Below, piece by piece: positions 24,541 to 27,320 of a stretch of 27,320 nt of DNA. Each line of letters starts with the position of its first letter. Position 1 is the first letter of the stretch. This DNA is from a virus. Its lineage: Duplodnaviria; Caudoviricetes. The notes under the pieces were generated by a model. That model saw nothing but the letters and a program-made list of their open reading frames with translations, was not told the DNA's origin and searched no databases. A program made the position numbers and the translations under genes. The DNA is taken from positions 1 to 27,320 of the IMG/VR virus record IMGVR_UViG_3300025647_000214; one strand, written 5' to 3'.

Positions 24541-26028
24541 ATGGCTATTAGCTTTGATGGGAACAGCTCAAAGGTAGTCATAGACACTAGCACTGTCCTT
24601 GAGAACACAAACCCTTACGCTCTTAATTTCAAGATCCAAATTACTGATACTAATTCAGTGTATGAGCGCTGCCTAAGTTACCGTGAAGGGTCGCGGGGGT
24701 TTATGGTCATCCAAGAGGATGACAAGCTGTTCATCATACCGAACGGAACAAATGCTACTACATGGGGCAGAGACGTAGATACAGGCTCTTGTATCGTTTT
24801 GCTCGGCCTTAGCACTGCTACATGGTACAACGTTACCGTAAACTTCTCTGGTGGCGCAGACAACATTCAATCCAATGCTACTGTCTGGTTAGATGGCGTT
24901 GCGGTTACCGAGGATGGAACGGGTAGCCTGAATGGAGGTAGTGGCGCAGGATATGGTTCTGGTACCGACACCAATACATTACACCTTGGGGCTAGATCTG
25001 CCTCAGGATCAACCATTTCGGTTCCCGGCGATTGTATTCTTGCTGAAGTTACGATGTGGGAAAACCACGCCCTAACTATAGCGGACGCGGTTAGTCTAGC
25101 TGCGGGTAATAGTGGTAGTACTGTTGACGCCGCCAACTTAGCAATCCATTACCAAGGCTTAGATAACACCGATACAACTGAGACAGTTAACAGTAAAACG
25201 GTTACGTTTTATGGCACGGTAGTGGATGCCACCCATCCAACTATGGCGGGTGGTGTTGCAGATATTACTGCAACAGGTGGAATGTCTTTTGGTTCATCAG
25301 CAGGTCTAAACGCAACAGGCAAGCTGGCAGGCTCATCGAGCCTATCATTCGGCTCAAGTGCCGACATTAACGCTACAGGAATATTAGGCGGATCAGCCAG
25401 CCTGTCATTTGGCTCTAGTGCTGGATTAAACGGCATAGGGTCGCTACAGGTGAGCGATTTAATATCCTTTGGATCATCTGCTGATTTAAATGCGGTAGGG
25501 ACACTATCAGGGACAAGCGTTCTCACGTTTAGTGGAACAGGCGCATTAAACGCTGCAGGCACATTAAGTGCTACCAGTTCAATCGCTTTCTCCACAAGTG
25601 CTGAATTATCGACATCCGGCGCTTATGAATTAACGGGAACGGCGACACTCTCTTTCTCTGCTGCTGCCAGCTTAAATGCTACAGGTAAATTAACGGGCAG
25701 TGCGGGATTGGCTTTTGCTGATTCTGCCTCATTAACAGGGGCCGGAACTCTAGCCGCTTCCTCGGTTATCACGTTTGGAAGCTCTGCCGATTTATCCCAA
25801 GCCTCACAAGACGCAATAAGCGCCACTGTAGGGCTGTCGTTTGGCACATCAGCAACATTAAACGCTACAGGCGCTATGACCGCTGTTGGCTCTCTCACGC
25901 TGTCTACATCCGCTGATCTTACACAGCCTGGAATAGCGCCAGCTTATCCCGGACTTGAATACACAATGGGCGGCTCACGCCTTCACTACACCATGAGCGG
26001 AAGCCCGCTTCATTACACCATCAAATAG
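24541..26028 (+). CDS. LamG/ConA-like domain plus ~20-aa Gly/Ser/Ala repeats (fibre/adhesin-like)
   Basis: 'ISFDG...WYNVTV...WLDGV...LHLGAR...AEVTMWENHALT', then about 11 repeats like ATGKLAGSSSLSFGSSADIN. Confidence 0.7.
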   Translation: MAISFDGNSSKVVIDTSTVLENTNPYALNFKIQITDTNSVYERCLSYREGSRGFMVIQEDDKLFIIPNGTNATTWGRDVDTGSCIVLLGLSTATWYNVTVNFSGGADNIQSNATVWLDGVAVTEDGTGSLNGGSGAGYGSGTDTNTLHLGARSASGSTISVPGDCILAEVTMWENHALTIADAVSLAAGNSGSTVDAANLAIHYQGLDNTDTTETVNSKTVTFYGTVVDATHPTMAGGVADITATGGMSFGSSAGLNATGKLAGSSSLSFGSSADINATGILGGSASLSFGSSAGLNGIGSLQVSDLISFGSSADLNAVGTLSGTSVLTFSGTGALNAAGTLSATSSIAFSTSAELSTSGAYELTGTATLSFSAAASLNATGKLTGSAGLAFADSASLTGAGTLAASSVITFGSSADLSQASQDAISATVGLSFGTSATLNATGAMTAVGSLTLSTSADLTQPGIAPAYPGLEYTMGGSRLHYTMSGSPLHYTIK

Positions 26029-26037
26029 GTAAACATT

Positions 26038-26481
26038 ATGAGCGCATCAAACGCCTTTGAAGATGCTTTGTTGGATCTTCTTTTTCTCAATACGGCCATT
26101 GCTAATGTGGGGGATGCTACAGGTCTACCGGCTACAGCAACAGCAGGCAGTTGTCAGCTATCGCTTCATACGGTGGCACTCACTGACACCGATACCCTTT
26201 TGACTGCTAACCAGTGCGCTTACACCGGGTACGCGAGACAAACCGTTGCTCGTTCTGGCGCTGGATGGACTAGCTCTGGTGGTACGGCATCTAACGCAGC
26301 CCTTATTCAGTTCGGTGAGAAAACAGCGGGGGCCGATGAGACAGCAGTACATTGTGGTATTGGATTAATCGCTACGGGTGATGTGTTAAGAATACATGCT
26401 GATCTTGGAGCAGACCTCTCCATTAGCAACGGGGTTAATCCTCAGTTTGCTATTGGAGCCCTCGATATTACTTTGGATTAG
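26038..26481 (+). CDS. Putative virion fibre-associated protein
   Basis: 'MSASNAFE..LL.L...SLHT...YTGYARQ.V.R...W...N...I.F...PQFAIGAL.IT.D', a motif common in phage structural regions. Confidence 0.65.
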   Translation: MSASNAFEDALLDLLFLNTAIANVGDATGLPATATAGSCQLSLHTVALTDTDTLLTANQCAYTGYARQTVARSGAGWTSSGGTASNAALIQFGEKTAGADETAVHCGIGLIATGDVLRIHADLGADLSISNGVNPQFAIGALDITLD

Positions 26482-26485
26482 AGCT

Positions 26486-26671
26486 ATGAAACTGACTAAA
26501 GAAAGAATGAATGAAATGAAAGGCAGCAAAGAAGGGCTACTAGAAAAGAATATTGTTCAGTGGTCTGAGCATTGCCGCAAGTTAGAAGCGAAAGTACACA
26601 AGACCACAGAAGATCAAGATGACCTTGATTATCGCCGCCTTCAGATTAAACGCTGGGAAGCTAAAGCATAA
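26486..26671 (+). CDS. Hypothetical protein (61 aa)
   Basis: ATG at 26486 just after the upstream stop. Confidence 0.5.
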   Translation: MKLTKERMNEMKGSKEGLLEKNIVQWSEHCRKLEAKVHKTTEDQDDLDYRRLQIKRWEAKA

Positions 26672-26673
26672 CA

Positions 26674-26934
26674 ATGGCCATCCTACACAACCAACCATAT
26701 AAGGTGTATGCAGAAGGTGAGCTGGTTACCATTGAGCTAGGGAACGTGCCTATCACAGTGGACTATCACACCGCCTTGCAGATGGCTCAGTTCCTACGCA
26801 TAGCAGGGAGAAAGGCTAAATCCAATGCTGGTGACAACTCCTTTACGGTTAAAGCTTTTGGCCTGCTGTCTGATGCTGAAGCTGATGAGAAGGCAGCACA
26901 GAAACGCCGATCTTTCACGGGGTTTGCAGGATGA
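26674..26934 (+). CDS. Hypothetical protein
   Basis: ORF in a tightly packed operon. Confidence 0.65.
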   Translation: MAILHNQPYKVYAEGELVTIELGNVPITVDYHTALQMAQFLRIAGRKAKSNAGDNSFTVKAFGLLSDAEADEKAAQKRRSFTGFAG

Positions 26935-27257
26935 CTGAGACAGCGCCACAGATACACAAGATATCTGTTAATGAGGTAAGGGCTATAGCTGTGTCTATGG
27001 TCAAGAAGCTTGATAGCGGGGAGACACTATCAAGCCCTCCTACTGTTGTAGAGGTGGACACCACAGAGATGACGCTATCATCAAAGGCTGTGAACACAGC
27101 AGCTATATCAATCAATGGCGCAACAGTATCTATAGGGAACGCAGTACAGTTTATAGCTGAATGCTCTACTCCAGGCAACTACAGGGTCAGGGTTGAGTGT
27201 GACACGAGTGGATCACAGACGATAGACGGCATCATCAGGATTCAGGTCTGTGATTAG
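26931..27257 (+). CDS. Putative fibre adaptor / Ig-like small protein
   Basis: ATGA-coupled; beta-rich 'L..GETLSS...G.Y.V...CDTS..QT'. Confidence 0.55.
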   Translation: MTETAPQIHKISVNEVRAIAVSMVKKLDSGETLSSPPTVVEVDTTEMTLSSKAVNTAAISINGATVSIGNAVQFIAECSTPGNYRVRVECDTSGSQTIDGIIRIQVCD

Positions 27258-27320
27258 TGCACCAATACAGTGCAAATCAAAAGGTACTGTCCAGAGTTAT
27301 CCATCACGGGTACGAAGGCG

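Noticed and set aside
27280-27320. Possible packaging-site-adjacent motif (AGGTACT...CGGGT) before terminase
   Set aside because: Cut off by the window edge; resemblance is from memory only.

Overview
About 27 kb of a lambdoid-organised siphophage, probably of a Gammaproteobacterium. From left to right: the end of the tail module (tape measure, DUF2460-type Dit, DUF2163-type hub, NlpC/P60, megatron-like tail tip); a leftward early operon; an immunity switch (PL/OL, cI, PR/OR, cro, CII-like); replication genes (initiator with ori iterons, DnaB); a nin-like region; a Q-like gene with late promoter; lysis genes; and unusual late cargo (alpha/beta hydrolase, a secreted di-CxxCH HzsA-like protein, a LamG/repeat protein). 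The main discovery is at 7361-10143: nine attC-like sites (7 well formed, 2 degenerate) delimit eight 251-517 bp gene cassettes, with no integron integrase in the window. Each R' core is complementary to the R'' core of the next site, the signature of IntI-type cassette insertion. Every cassette gene is inverted relative to canonical integrons, so it can be read from PL; eight of the nine R' boxes carry a stop codon, and some sites also supply the RBS or start codon. The genome also shows deletion scars (cI cut inside its HTH, a metallophosphoesterase stub, the left end of the array, no integrase), suggesting an ex-temperate lytic derivative. All family calls come from motif recognition by eye, not from database searches.
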